Origin: Octopus sinensis
Taxonomy: Eukaryota
Direction: 5' to 3'
DNA: 64,000 nt
Assembly (NCBI RefSeq): GCF_006345805.1
Contig: NC_043009.1
Span: 18,476,001-18,540,000 of the forward strand
In this document: positions 39,876 to 52,920 of the stretch, in pieces
How positions within the stretch are numbered: position 1 is the stretch's first letter
Layout of the letters: every line of letters begins with the position of its first letter
Notes under the pieces: model-generated
What the model was told of the DNA's origin: nothing
The model's database searches: none
Seen by the model: the letters and a program-made list of their open reading frames with translations, nothing else
Translations under genes and position numbers: made by a program

Positions 39876-40988
39876 TGTAATTGTGTACGTGTGCGTGTGT
39901 GTGTGTGTGTGTAGGAAAGCTTGTCAGAGCATAAAGAAATGTATTTTGTTGAATTCATTCTTTTTGATAAAGCACATTGATACGGAACCCTTTTGAGTTC
40001 TTTATTGTAAGTGACCTGTTCGTATTAACATGAACTGGTAAACAGATTCTCAGTGTGAGAGCGCGCGCGCGTATGTTAAACATACATACACATAAAGACA
40101 TGCACACACATACACACACACACATATATACATGTGCGTGCACACATGCTCTCTCTCTCTCTCTCTCTCCCTCTCTCTCAAACACACACACTTGCACATA
40201 TACTATGCTGGCAATGATAATGTTTAGACCGACAACCCAGCCACTACATCGCGCTTTGCGAATATTAAAACAATCACCCAGTTGGGCGCATCTTGAAGCA
40301 TAAACGAGACGTTCCCTTCTTTTACAGCAGGGTAAACAAATAATATATAAACAAAGACCGCCATATAACCCTCAAATTATGTAAAAACAAACGACAAAGA
40401 AATCTAATAACCCAAACTGTCAAGGGAAAAAATAGTAGATCTAAGCAAATTCAGCCTGCACTGAAGCAGAAAATGACTGCATAATTGATGGCTCTATGAA
40501 TTTGTGTGCATTGTTTTTGTAATGTTTTTCTATCGTTCTATTGCTTTAACAGCGTAGCCTTTTCTTTCGTTACTGACGCTATGGTGTGTAAAAGAATGTA
40601 TATGTATGTATGCATGGATGTGAACGTCTTTCCTTTTATCTGTCTGTCTGTCTCTCTCATCTCTGTGTTATGTACATAAGTGCGTATTCACTAAAACATA
40701 TGTAAATGGAATGTATGTATATAAATATGTATAAATATAGATAAATCAAAAATATTCTCGTAAACAACGTTGCATTCTTTATTACTATTAGATCTTCATT
40801 TTAACAGTTAGTATATCGAACAGAAAATGGCATAACCGTCGTTTTGGTCTGGTATCCTGTGTAAAAACATAGTAGGGATTTAATTGTATAATAACCAAGG
40901 CACCCACACATACACACATACACACACATCCCCCACCAACACACACTCATGTACTGAATCATTAAATCCTTACGCATACAAAGCTCCA

Positions 40989-41203
40989 ATGGTTTCAAAT
41001 TTTGGTATGAGGCCCGCAATTTCGGGGATGGGACCATATCGATTACATTAACCCCAGTGCCCAACTGATACTTAATTCATTGACCCTGAAGAGATGAAAG
41101 GGAAAGTCGACTTCGGCGAAATTTGAACTCAGAACGTAAGGACCAACGAAATGCCATTAAACATTTTCCCCGGCATGCTAACGATTCTGCTAGCTCACCG
41201 CTT
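40989..41203 (-). mobile_element. SINE family B
   Basis: Reverse-complement copy. Confidence 0.8.
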
Positions 41204-42210
41204 TAGCATATATAAATATTCTTTAATGAAAGAAATGATGTCACCCTTTCATAGCACAATGTGGTCACTGAAAACAGACCTAAATTAGCTATCTTTCTCG
41301 CCGCTATTTCCCTTCTGTTTAGTTGGCATTGATCTGCTGTTCTGTTTTACGGTTTTGTTTATGTTTATTTTGCATACGAATACAAAAGTGTAGTACAACT
41401 TAGTCTTTGTATTTATTACTGAAGCATATGAGATGAAATCATTAAAGCATGTGTGTAAAAAATGCATATAAATATCAAATGATTTCTACATTTCTCACAT
41501 TCGAAGCATGAGACCAACCTGTCCCCCATCCAATTCAACACTACAGGTCAGTCCATCACACATGACTGAGCGGCATCCTCGCACACCAGGAATTCACGTA
41601 GCCAAGAAAACAGAAGGAACATTTCATGTACACACACACACACAAACACACGCACGCACGCACGCGCGTACGTACGTATGTATGTATGTATGTATGTATG
41701 TATGTATGTATGTATGTATGTATGTATGTATGTATAGTAAAATCGATAAGATTGATAAGTATGTATGCATGTATGTATAGTAAAATCGATAAGAAGAGAA
41801 TAGTGAACAAGCAGTGGGGGAGTGGAAGATCCAACTTTTCGGACCGAGTCCTTCTTTAGGGAAAAGTTGAAAGGAGAGAAATTAATGAGAGATAACAGAG
41901 TTTTACATCCTATAAGTTAGAAACACTGGCTGAAACTGATAAGGAACGAAAGACCACGGGAACTACATACGAGTATAGGAAGCGGTAGGAGAGAGAAACA
42001 TGATGACAGAAGTACAAGTTCATCTTTCAGACAACATTAAGTCTCTGTGTTTTTGCTTTTTCAACATGGGAGGTGTAATTTGAATTCGACGCCTGCTATG
42101 GCAAATCCTTCGCTGGCTTATTGGTGGTGATTTTGTCAGTAGTAATGTTGATACTGTTGATAATTTTAGCCGTGATTTAGGTTGTCACGAGGGAGCTGAT
42201 AGCAGTAATA

Positions 42211-42586
42211 TTGGTTTCAAATATTGGCTCAAGGCCAGCAATTTATAGGGATTACTTCGACCCCTGTTCTCAACTGGTACATATTTTATCGACCTCGAAA
42301 GGATGAAAAGCAAAGTCGACCTCGGCGAAATTCGACCTCTGAAAGTGAGGACGGACGAAACGCCGCTAAGCATTTTGCCCGGCGTGCTAACGATACCTTA
42401 GTGATAGTAGTAATACTGGTTTCAAACTCTAGTACAAGTCCAGAAATTTCGGGAAGAGGCTAAGTCAACTGGTATTTATTTTATCAATTCCGAAAGGATG
42501 AAAGGCAAAATTGACATTGGCAGAATTTGAACCCCAGAATGTAAGGATGGGCGAAAAGCCGCCAAACATCTTGCCAGCTCGCCACC
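42211..42586 (-). mobile_element. Two adjacent diverged SINE family B copies
   Basis: 'aaggatgaaa(a/g)gcaaa' core occurs twice. Confidence 0.75.
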
Positions 42587-42839
42587 TTGTGAAAGTAGTT
42601 ATTTTGATAGCGTTTACGGTGCTGTTGATGTTAGTGTTGTCCGCGGAGCTGATTGTGGTAGAAGAAAAGGTATTTTTGTTCAAGCCGTTTCAACAATAGT
42701 GTTTGCTGTCTGCAGTGATGGTATTGATAGTGTTAGCGGTGTTATTGTTTGAGGGATTGTTTGTAGTGATCTACTCGGTGCTTATGGTGGTGGAGGTGAG
42801 ATGAGAGTGTAGAAGTGATCTTGATACTAGTTATAGTTA

Positions 42840-43020
42840 AGACGGCGAGTTGTCAGAACCGCTAGCACGCCGGACAAAAAAATGCCTACCCGCATTTCAC
42901 CCGTCTTTATCTTCTGGATTCAAGTACAACCGAGGTCGACTTTTCCTTTCATCCTTTTGGGGTCGAGAACATAAGTATCAGTTGAGTACTGGGGTCGAAA
43001 CTTGAAACTTGAAACCAATA
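42840..43020 (+). mobile_element. SINE family B
   Basis: 'ggcgagttgtcagaaccgctagcacgccgg...gaggtcgacttttcctttcatcc'. Confidence 0.75.
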
Positions 43021-45033
43021 TTAGTTACTAGCGGGACCCGTGAGTATTTCATGGGGTTAATGGTAAACTTATTGGGTTATTTCTGAAAGCTTTATCCAAA
43101 AATCCTGAAAGCGTAACATGTGTTTGCATCAAAAGATAGCCGCTCATCTGTTAATCATTGAAAAGTGAAGGAAACTGGAATACGATGATTACTTAATGCA
43201 GTTTATATATACACTTTATATACTTTATACACAATTTTATAAACTATACAACACTCTCCCTTTTTCTTTCTCACTCTTTGCTTTCCTCTTTTTCTCTTTC
43301 CTTTTTCTCTCACTCTCTGCCTTTGCATTACAAACAAGCTAAGTAACGAAGAAAAAATAACTTAGTTCAAAAAAATTACACATTTCACTCATCACTACCT
43401 CTCCCTCCCCTCCATCACCCCTACCACTCTCCCCACTCCTTTTTGCTTCCCTTCTCCTCTCCACTCCCCACCCGACTTTCCCATTCCCCCCTTCAACTAA
43501 TCGCGTGGAAGCGTTACGGACGGGTTAAGTAACGGAGTGACAAGCAGAATTATTATAAGATGGTTATGTTGGTTGTAGTAGTGCTGGTTAGTACGGCTGT
43601 GTTGATTGTGGATATTGTGGTGGTGGTGGTGGTGGTGGTGGTCTCCGGTTGCAGAAGTTATGGTGATGGATATGTGCATTAGTGTGGTGGTAGTGGTGAT
43701 GATGGTTGTGAGTTTTGTCGTTGTTGTTCTGGTACTGTTCTGGTGTAAGCAGTGATGTTACCTATTGTTGTTTTGTTGTTATTTGTGTAGGCGGTGGTGG
43801 TGGTGGTGGTTGTATAGGTTGTAGAATTGTATGAAACGAATAGACCTTTTTGGTGTCTTACAACATGAAATAGATTGCCTAATATATTTACATCAATTAT
43901 ACCCAAGATTCTTTACAAGACGTTGAAATATCTTGTGATTGCTACAATGACAATGGAGATATTTATAGTATTCCCAGTAAATTCTTGATTTTAACCTAAC
44001 ATTCTTTTACCGTGTATTTGTCATCTAATTTTGTCCCGGCTATTTTTTCGTTCAGATATTTCTTAGCTTCACTACTAGTTAAATGATTATGCAGATTCAC
44101 ATCAAATAAGGATAAAAATGTCACAAAATGATGAGCTGATATTTGTTCTGACTATCTATACCCTGTGTTCAAATCTCGCTGAAGTTGGCTTTGCTTTTCA
44201 TTCCTTCTCCTCTCTCTCCTCTCCCTCAGGATCAACAACGTTGACGGGCCCAAGACAGAAAGTTCACATCAGGGCGCCACAACCACTTTGTGAACTCAAT
44301 AAGAAAGAAAAACTTCAAAATACGACTTCCTTATATTTCAGACTTTATATGATTTTTAAATCCTACCCCGTTTCAAGAATTTTAACTATTACAATAACTT
44401 ATATAAGTGGTGGACCACGATAATTAGAAAATCACGTTTGCACTCATTTCACTCAAATAGAAAACATTAGAATGCAGCTAAAGTCAATTACAGAGAAAAG
44501 AGTCAAAATGAAAAGCTTTCTACCAGTTTGTTTCTAGGACTTTAATGTTTGATCAACATTTTTGTTTGAATTTTTTTTAATTTTTAATCCGTTCAATCCA
44601 TTAAAGAACAGTTCCTATTTGCAATTTGTTCTCCGTCAGGAATTCCCATCACAGTTACAATTAATTAATTAATTACTAACTGATTACTGTTAACTTAAAT
44701 TCTTTTTCTTTTTCTTTTCGTCTTATAATTAGTATTTTCTGTTGTTACATAGCTTTTATTTTGGTATTTGATACTGCATATTTACCATTTTCATCGTCGT
44801 CGTCGTCATCGTTGTTGCTACAGTATAAAATTAATATTATAATTGTTGTTGTTGTTGGTATGGTGGTGGTGCCAGCAACACGTTGATTCAAATCGCCCAT
44901 AAGTTTTGTATTAATTGCCTTTTGAAAATACATGTTCAAAACTTCTGCAGACGTTTTGCCATTTTCTCCATATGTTTCATATATATACTACTATTATTGG
45001 TGCTATCTAACTCATGGTTAGTGTTTCTGGGAT

Positions 45034-45447
45034 TCATGTGTAGGGACTGCTGTTGAAAGCCTTCCGGTAATCACTCCATGCCATTACTTTGAACCATCTT
45101 ATTTCGTCGGCAGATTCAGTTATGGTTTTGTCAATCAATAACTGATCGTTATAACCATATGAACCTTTGCAACATCCCTCCTGCTCTTCTAGAAACCGGT
45201 TATCTTCTAGATGTCTATTCAATCTCTGCGATGTTATTATAGCTGTTAAGACTTTGTAATTTGTAGGGAGACATGATATGAGTTTGTAATTCTCTGAGTT
45301 TGTGGTAGATTCGGAGATTAAGGCGATTTTCCTTTCTGTGAGCCATTCACACGTTGTCTCTACTTCCGTCAGCATCTCATAAAATTTTCCTGCAAAATAT
45401 TTAAACCAGAAGTCGGGTATCTTGTCATATAGCAATAAATAAATCAA
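45034..45447 (-). mobile_element. R4/Dong-like non-LTR RT fragment
   Basis: YKLISCLPTNYKVLT, EEQEGCCKGSYGYNDQLLID, MAWSDYRKAFNS. Confidence 0.75.
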
Positions 45448-45479
45448 TATTTTGTATTCTTATATTTTCCCTACTATTA

Positions 45480-46050
45480 ATGTTTTTTCCAATCCTTGAT
45501 GTCTTCGATCCAGTTCGTTTTCGGTCTTCCTCTTGAACATTTACCATTCATCTTTCCTTGCAGAAACAGTCTTTATATACCCTGTGCTTTTACAATGTGA
45601 TCAAAGTATTTTAGCTTTCTAATTAAGAGTAATGATCTTTTTGTATTTGCTACTTGTAATATTTCATTAGTTTTATGTTCTCTCCACGATAGTCATAACA
45701 TTCTTCTATATGTCCACAGTTCAAAAACTTTTTCGTTTGTCGGATAGTTTCCGTCAATGCCCATATTTCTGCACCTCATAATAAATGTCACACATTACAC
45801 TAACACACCATTTATGTTGTTTTTGTATGTATACTCTTTACTGTTGCAGCTTTTGACAGGCTTTCAAATATTTTCCTTGCGATTTCGATTTTTCGTCTAA
45901 TTTCATCTTCACACCATTTTCTGATTGTATAAAGCCAAGGTATACCATGTCTGATATTTGTCCTATTGTTGCTCCATTTATGGTTACACTGATGTTAGAT
46001 GTTTATTTCTTGCTGATTGACACATATTTCGTTTTTTTTTTTGTGTGTGT
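45480..46050 (-). mobile_element. RTE-clade LINE 3' RT remnant
   Basis: 'LKYFDHIVK...QGKMNGKCSRGRPKTNWIEDIKDW'. Confidence 0.75.
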
Positions 46051-46100
46051 GTTTTATTTTCTGTATACTTCGATGTGCAAAGTGAAAGTTGTTGTTCTTC

Positions 46101-46348
46101 TGTGGGGTCACCAGTTCAGTTAAGCTATGCACAACAAAATTAACGGAGGCCCAGATTGTGTTAACGAAAGATTTATTCTGTTAAATACATGAGGGCGACG
46201 GCTATTAGTCAACTCCTGCTAGAATAGAAAGCCCGCTTAACCGGAAGTCGACTTCGCCACTGACCAGCTCCCTAGCCAGCCCGCAGCGAAGTTCCTGTCT
46301 ACAGTTCGTCTGTCATAAATGCTTGGGCAGTGTCTTACACTCTGCAAC
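46101..46348. mobile_element. Possible solo LTR
   Basis: TGT...ACA ends, GC-richer than the flanks, internal TTTATT; no TSD confirmed. Confidence 0.35.
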
Positions 46349-46478
46349 ATTTATAAAGATTTATAAACCATTGCATTGTTCCAAAAGTATTCTTCTGACT
46401 GATGGTACTCAGAGTGACATTCTGTGAAGTTTTTGAGCTGCAATAAAACTGTATAAAACACATACACACACACACACT

Positions 46479-46567
<89 letters not shown>

Positions 46568-46570
46568 CAG
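46479..46570. repeat. (GATA)n microsatellite
   Basis: Direct reading. Confidence 0.95.
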
Positions 46571-47744
46571 ACAGACGGACGGATGGACGGACCGGTATTG
46601 CTCTGTGGAAAAGCTTTCTTCTTAAGTACGATATTCCAGGTTAGATCCTACCGCGCCGCATTTTGGATGAACGCTTTTACTGTCGTATTTATTGAACATG
46701 TCTGTGTCTTTTTGTGGCCCGTAACCTAGCAACATGAAATCTATAAAATACCAAACGAAAATAAGTAATGAGGTAAGTATGATCGAATATGATAAAGTTC
46801 ACCCGATATGCCCACAGTTCATTGACTACAGACAGTAAAAGAATTTATGTAGGTTATTTCATGAGAAGCACGCCTAATTATTCTCCTATACATTCCGTCA
46901 TATATTTCTTTCTCCCAGACTTAACGAGGTCAGTAGGACAAAAAATCCAGACTCACACAATTACGCTCCTATTATTTAGTTATACTGTGTGAAACCTACA
47001 CACATATGCACTCCCTTACTCTTTCTGTCTCAAACACACCCGTAAAAGTAAATCATTCATTCAAATGCACATCAATGACAGTTGTATAACACGCGCGCAC
47101 GCTCATATACACTTATACACACACACACACTGCCGCTGTTTAATTTACGCCACCTTCCCCCTCTCTCCCTCATGCACACAGATACACACCAACACACACG
47201 CGTACACATACACACACACAATCACACAAACCAACGCGCACACAAGCGAAAATAGTTTTTTCATTCATTTCAGTTTTTCACACTACGTCTTGATATCAGA
47301 ACGTGTACGAATTCCCACACACTAACACTATACAACTACGCGCCTTCAATATATAAACCAACCTCACGGTTTTAGGCACATGATCACCCACACGCACGCA
47401 TGCGTTTACAGATATGCGAATATGTCCACAGGTGTATATTGTACGAAACAATAAGATTGTTTGTAGCTAAATCTATCAATAATTATAGCCGAGGAGGCAT
47501 AAAACCCTAATAATTTTCGATTGCTGGTATATGGGTAGATTTGTGAACAAAGTTCAGTCCCTATTTATGGAGATTTATCAGGTATTTGAGGATAGAAAAC
47601 ACCTCAACACCTTGATTATCTACACATATTCATTATAGAATGCATCCAAATCTCTCTTACGCTTTCGTCCTCCCTGCTTTCTCTTATTCTCTCTCTCTCT
47701 CTCTCTCTTTCCATCTCTCACTATCTACACACACACACACATAC

Positions 47745-47795
<51 letters not shown>

Positions 47796-48731
47796 AAAAT
47801 AGTAAAGTGTGAAAAAACGACAGAAGGCTTAAATGTTAAAAAATATATATATTTGTGTCAAAATGCTGGAGAATATTGGAAAAATTTTTTTTCCCTTTCC
47901 TTAAAATGACATAATTTAAAATTTTTAAAGAAATTACCGGTTTCGCGTGTAGCTTTTCAAATTTCTTGTGACGTTATGTTTATATTGCATGGAATTATCG
48001 TTGTTTTTATTTCCAGGAGATTTCTAAATAAGGGGAGGTAGTGAGTGATTTTTTCCGGTGTAGGGGAGATAATCGCTTAAAAATTTTTTTTTTCCCTTTT
48101 CCTTGTTAATTTCTCTGTGTCAGTATGTTCGGATGGTTGAGTCTGGGTTTGTACTTTTCAATGAAGAATGTTTCCTTGTTCAGTCTCATTTGTGTTGATG
48201 ATCCGAAAGCACATTGGTAAAATGGGAAGATTAAAAATTGTGGCAGTAGTTGCTTTGCGCATTTCTCAATGTGCTCACTAAAAGGTATCATTCTATATTC
48301 TGGGAATGCAATCTGTTGTCGATGCAGTGTGCATCTGCGCCTGAGTGATAGTCCCGTGGAACCCACGTAGTCTTGGTGGCAGCCCGAGCATTTAATAACA
48401 TAAATTATGTTTTCAGAGGCACAAGTAAAGTTAGATTTGATCTTAATTTCTGTCCCTCTTTAAAGAAGAATTCTGATCCTTCCAATAGGTTAGGACATGT
48501 TGCACAGTTCGATCTACCACATTTTTTTACTTTTGCATCCGTAATTTTAGAAGACAATTTTGCCTTTGTGAGAATCTTTTTAAGTGATTTAGGCTGTTTG
48601 TAGCTTTTAATGATTTGGTGTATGTTTAGAATTTCCTTTAATTTTGGGTTTTTATGAAGTATTGGTAAATTCTGGGTGATGATGGTGAAGGCTTCTTTGT
48701 TTCTGGGGTTGTATGTAGATATGTAAGGTAC

Positions 48732-50789
48732 ATCCCACACAGAGGAAGAAATAAAGATCTTGACGAATTCTGTAACCACATTGAGAACTTCCCCTACCAT
48801 ACTATACATAAACAGAAAGCTAACCCAAATTTTAACACTACACAATGGAAAGAACTGATAGAACTCCAAAATGATGAAGATATAACCATTAAGGAAGCGG
48901 ACAAGGGAAATGCAGTTGTAATAATGGATACATCATACTACAGAAATCTTGTAATTTCCTTGCTTGATGAAGACCTACATTATGAAAAAATTACCAACTA
49001 CACCCCACAAAAAATAATGAAAACTATATCTTCACTAATTAAAACCCATGAAAAGGAACTGACAACCAAAGAGATTGATTTCCTAACAAACTTTAAATGC
49101 AAACCTAGCCTTTTCTATGGTCTGCCAAAAATTCATAAAAGTCAAATTATAAATGAAACCATTAAAAAATCACCAAAGACATACATACACACACCTAATC
49201 CGGGGGACCTAAAACTACGACCCATTGTAGCTGGCCCAACCTGTGAAACACACAGACTAAGTCTACTTATGGACATCCTCTTGAAACCCTTCCTTAAACA
49301 TATCGATAGCCATATCAGAGATGACTTAGATATGTTAAACCACCTTCCAAAAAAAACCAAGGAAGAAACAATCCTGGTTTCATTTGATGTAGTCAACTTG
49401 TATACCAGTATACCTCATAATTATGGACTAGAGGCAATACAATTCTGGTTAGACCAATTTCCGGAAGAAATACCAAAAAGGATCAGTAAGGAATTCATTA
49501 CTAAATCAATTGAATTCATCCTACACAATAACCACTTCATGTTTGACAATACATTTTACCGTCAAAAATCCGGAATTGCTATGGGTACAAGGGCAGCACC
49601 AGTCATTGCGAACTTAACAATGGGATACATGGAAATAATCATTTACCAGGAATCTCTATCAATCTTTGGAAACTCCCTCTCTCAATACATAAAAGAGAAT
49701 TGGAAACGATTCCTAGACGATTGTTTCATTCTCTGGAATGAAAACATAGATAAACTCCTAAAATTTAAAAACCTATTGAACAGCATAAACCCAAATATAC
49801 AGTTCACAATGGAATACAACCAAAAGGAGCTCCCGTTCTTGGATATACTAATTAAAAAAATTAACCTTAAAATAGAAACAGACATTTTTTACAAAGCCAC
49901 AGACGCCAAACAATACCTTCTTTTTAATTCATGCCACCCAAGACACACTAAAACAAACATCCCCTTCAACCTTGCAAGAAGGATATGCACAATAGTGTCA
50001 GAACAAAATACCAGGAACTTTAGACTGCAAGAACTCAAAAACACCCTAATTGACAGACATTACCCAGCTCAACTCATAGAGGATGGGATCAGACGTGCAA
50101 CAGAAATCAACATAGAAACTTTAAGAAAAGTTCAACACAACAACACACCTTCCCCGAAAATACTACCTTACATATCTACATACAACCCCAGAAACAAAGA
50201 AGCCTTCACCATCATCACCCAGAATTTACCAATACTTCATAAAAACCCAAAATTAAAGGAAATTCTAAACATACACCAAATCATTAAAAGCTACAAACAG
50301 CCTAAATCACTTAAAAAGATTCTCACAAAGGCAAAATTGTCTTCTAAAATTACGGATGCAAAAGTAAAAAAATGTGGTAGATCGAACTGTGCAACATGTC
50401 CTAACCTATTGGAAGGATCAGAATTCTTCTTTAAAGAGGGACAGAAATTTAAGATCAAATCTAACTTTACTTGTGCCTCTGAAAACATAATTTATGTTAT
50501 TAAATGCTCGGGTTGCCACCAAGACTACGTGGGTTCCACGGGACTATCACTCAGGCGCAGATGCACACTGCATCGACAACAGATTGCATTCCCAGAATAT
50601 AGAATGATACCTTTTAGTGAGCACATCGAGAAATGCGCAAAGCAACTACTGCCACAATTTTTAATCTTCCCATTTTACCAATGTGCTTTCGGATCATCAA
50701 CACAAATGAGACTGAACAAGGAAACATTCTTCATTGAAAAGTACAAACCCAGACTCAACCATCCGAACATACTGACACAGAGAAATTAA
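48732..50789 (+). CDS. Penelope-type reverse transcriptase + GIY-YIG endonuclease (open from the inversion junction; first ATG at 48924)
   Basis: EADKGNAVV, YGLPKIHK, LRPIV, SFDVVNLYTSI, GIAMGT, RFLDD, LPFLDI, CGRSNCATC linker, NIIYVIKC...YVGST...R..H..H; no internal stop. Confidence 0.95.
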   Translation: MPHRGRNKDLDEFCNHIENFPYHTIHKQKANPNFNTTQWKELIELQNDEDITIKEADKGNAVVIMDTSYYRNLVISLLDEDLHYEKITNYTPQKIMKTISSLIKTHEKELTTKEIDFLTNFKCKPSLFYGLPKIHKSQIINETIKKSPKTYIHTPNPGDLKLRPIVAGPTCETHRLSLLMDILLKPFLKHIDSHIRDDLDMLNHLPKKTKEETILVSFDVVNLYTSIPHNYGLEAIQFWLDQFPEEIPKRISKEFITKSIEFILHNNHFMFDNTFYRQKSGIAMGTRAAPVIANLTMGYMEIIIYQESLSIFGNSLSQYIKENWKRFLDDCFILWNENIDKLLKFKNLLNSINPNIQFTMEYNQKELPFLDILIKKINLKIETDIFYKATDAKQYLLFNSCHPRHTKTNIPFNLARRICTIVSEQNTRNFRLQELKNTLIDRHYPAQLIEDGIRRATEINIETLRKVQHNNTPSPKILPYISTYNPRNKEAFTIITQNLPILHKNPKLKEILNIHQIIKSYKQPKSLKKILTKAKLSSKITDAKVKKCGRSNCATCPNLLEGSEFFFKEGQKFKIKSNFTCASENIIYVIKCSGCHQDYVGSTGLSLRRRCTLHRQQIAFPEYRMIPFSEHIEKCAKQLLPQFLIFPFYQCAFGSSTQMRLNKETFFIEKYKPRLNHPNILTQRN

Positions 50790-50927
50790 CAAGGAAAAGG
50801 GAAAAAAAAAATTTTTAAGCGATTATCTCCCCTACACCGGAAAAAATCACTCACTACCTCCCCTTATTTAGAAATCTCCTGGAAATAAAAACAACGATAA
50901 TTCCATGCAATATAAACATAACGTCAC

Positions 50928-50967
50928 AAGAAATTTGAAAAGCTACACGCGAAACCGGTAATTTCTT
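50928..50967 (+). ncRNA. Minimal hammerhead in the Penelope 3' UTR (U3-A8 variant); inverted copy at 47928-47967
   Basis: aagaaat-TTGAAAA-gc-tacac-gc-GAAAC-CG-GTA-atttctt: 7-bp stem I, palindromic ACCGGT stem III. Confidence 0.75.
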
Positions 50968-51147
50968 TAAAAATTTTAAAATTATGTCATTTTAAGGAAA
51001 GGGGAAAAAAATTTTTCCAATATTCTCCAGACATTTTGACACAAATATATATATTTTTTAACATTTAAGCCTTCTGTCGTTTTTTCACACTTTACTATTT
51101 TCTTATATATTCACCCACGTGCTTTACCAAACAAACTTTCTTATCTA

Positions 51148-51224
<77 letters not shown>

Positions 51225-51226
<2 letters not shown>

Positions 51227-51625
51227 AGAATAAAGCAACAAGAATGGATCAATATTTCGGTACAATTGTTTCGTACGAAGACAGCTTTATTAAGGCTGCA
51301 AATATTGCAGTAAATATAAGTGACCCGTACTCATCAGCCGAAAAAACATCTGAGTTCTCCAAACATCTAAGGGGGTGATGTTACACTCCTGAAATATAAG
51401 GGATAGTTCTATAAAAATAAGATTTAGGTAACAAATGGACTTCTAAAAGTTCGTACGAAACAATTGTACCGAAATATTGATCCATTCTTGTTGCTTTATT
51501 CTTATTTATAATCACCCCGCATTATCTTATGGTTAACACCATATAGATTTCTGGTGCATCTAAGTTAAGTACCGCATTCATGTGAATTCAACAGAACTCA
51601 CTTGAATCTTAATTGCTTTTACTAT
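51225..51625. mobile_element. Hammerhead-containing fold-back in (TA)n
   Basis: Arms 51225-51279 / 51450-51503. Minus-strand motif 51255-51343: tttcgg-CTGATGA-gtacg...cgtac-GAAAC-AATT-GTA-ccgaaa. Confidence 0.85.
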
Positions 51626-51627
51626 AC

Positions 51628-51682
<55 letters not shown>

Positions 51683-52369
51683 TATGTCAGGTTACTTTCG
51701 TGTGCTACTGGTAACATGTAACTCAGTACAACCTGTTGCATGGTCGGGCCGTCGGCGACTAAACCGGCAACCCCACCAAGCTTGCTTGGTGAGGAGGGTG
51801 TTTATTGGACACCCTGCGGTATGAAAAACAAAACCCGTCAAAGGGCGGAGGAACTCTTGGGAGTCAACGGCCATCCAATAAATGTGCGAGGACCTAGAAA
51901 TACCTGGTATGGTTCCCAGGCGCGCAGAAAGCCTACCAGGGTGGATCAGACCCTTTAGTGTTGACTCTCGCAACTGATCTAGGAGACGGAACATTCTTAC
52001 AAGAAAATCCTGCGATCGTTTTATCATCTGACGTGTGGCACACCTTGCACCTGTACAGACCATATTAATTCAATGACCACTTTAAACAAGTCAAAGTGCC
52101 TGTTGTTCAGTAAACCATTTTCACTCAATAACACCTGAGGTTTGGCGCATCGATGTGTGCTTTTTTTGGGGGGGGGGGTAGCTGTCCACTCGGGAAAATA
52201 TTTTGAACCAACGAATACATGCAGGTGTACCATTTGCGAAAAAGTGTGCAAGACATCTGCTGGATTGAAGGTACACATGCAGTGTCACAGGGCTTAGGAA
52301 TTGTTGAAAGTTATTTACTGAACCCTCATTCATCGTCTTCGATGAGAGAATCCACCATGTATATGTATG

Positions 52370-52400
<31 letters not shown>

Positions 52401-52405
52401 TATAT

Positions 52406-52460
<55 letters not shown>

Positions 52461-52872
52461 TGGCTTCATGCAGGCATGGCGTGGATTCGATCAAGAACTC
52501 CGTAAGCCAAAGTCAGTTGGTGAGAACCGAGCTGAACAAAACGCCGTCTCTGAAAGAAAAGGCACAAAGGGACAACAATGGTAACTCACCAACGAAGCAG
52601 TTGTTTCGTCCCACCACTCTCTCTTTCACTAACTCACTAACTTCTCTCTGCAACATTACCATATCTCTCTATATAATACTACTATGAGAACGTGTACACA
52701 CATTCAGGCCGAAATTAACTGTTTTTACCTCGCATGCTTTTCCATTTACTAATTATACATATCAACCCGTCGTGGTTTTGGATATATGCAACGTAACGGT
52801 AAATAAAAAGATAAACAGAATGAGATAAAAATCCAAGGCTGTGAAAGATTTCAGAACATTTATAAAGAGAAT

Positions 52873-52920
52873 GTCTTACAGCTGTTTCCGGGATATTTTA
52901 TAAATTTCTTCATCGGAGAC
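52873..52920 (-). ncRNA. Hammerhead-like motif
   Basis: gtct-CCGATGA-...-GAAAC-AGCT-GTA-agac: stem I gtct/agac, palindromic ACAGCTGT; stem II degenerate. Confidence 0.65.

Larger units (their letters stand above)
47791..51148 (+). mobile_element. Penelope-like element (Neptune/Naiad-like), 5'-truncated, with an inverted 3'-end copy, inserted in (TA)n
   Basis: 47791-48730 is the reverse complement of 50164-51110; the main body carries the RT + GIY-YIG ORF; (TA)n on both flanks. Confidence 0.95.

Noticed and set aside
48106-48869. Separate minus-strand GIY-YIG gene
   Set aside because: It is the inverted copy of the Penelope 3' end, with a frameshift and no independent start.
48732-50789. Selenocysteine recoding as in some Naiad Penelope elements
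   Set aside because: No in-frame TGA in the visible ORF.
51690-52020. Possible LINE 5' UTR with an HDV-like ribozyme
   Set aside because: GC-rich repeat-like segment, but I could not fold the nested double pseudoknot by eye.
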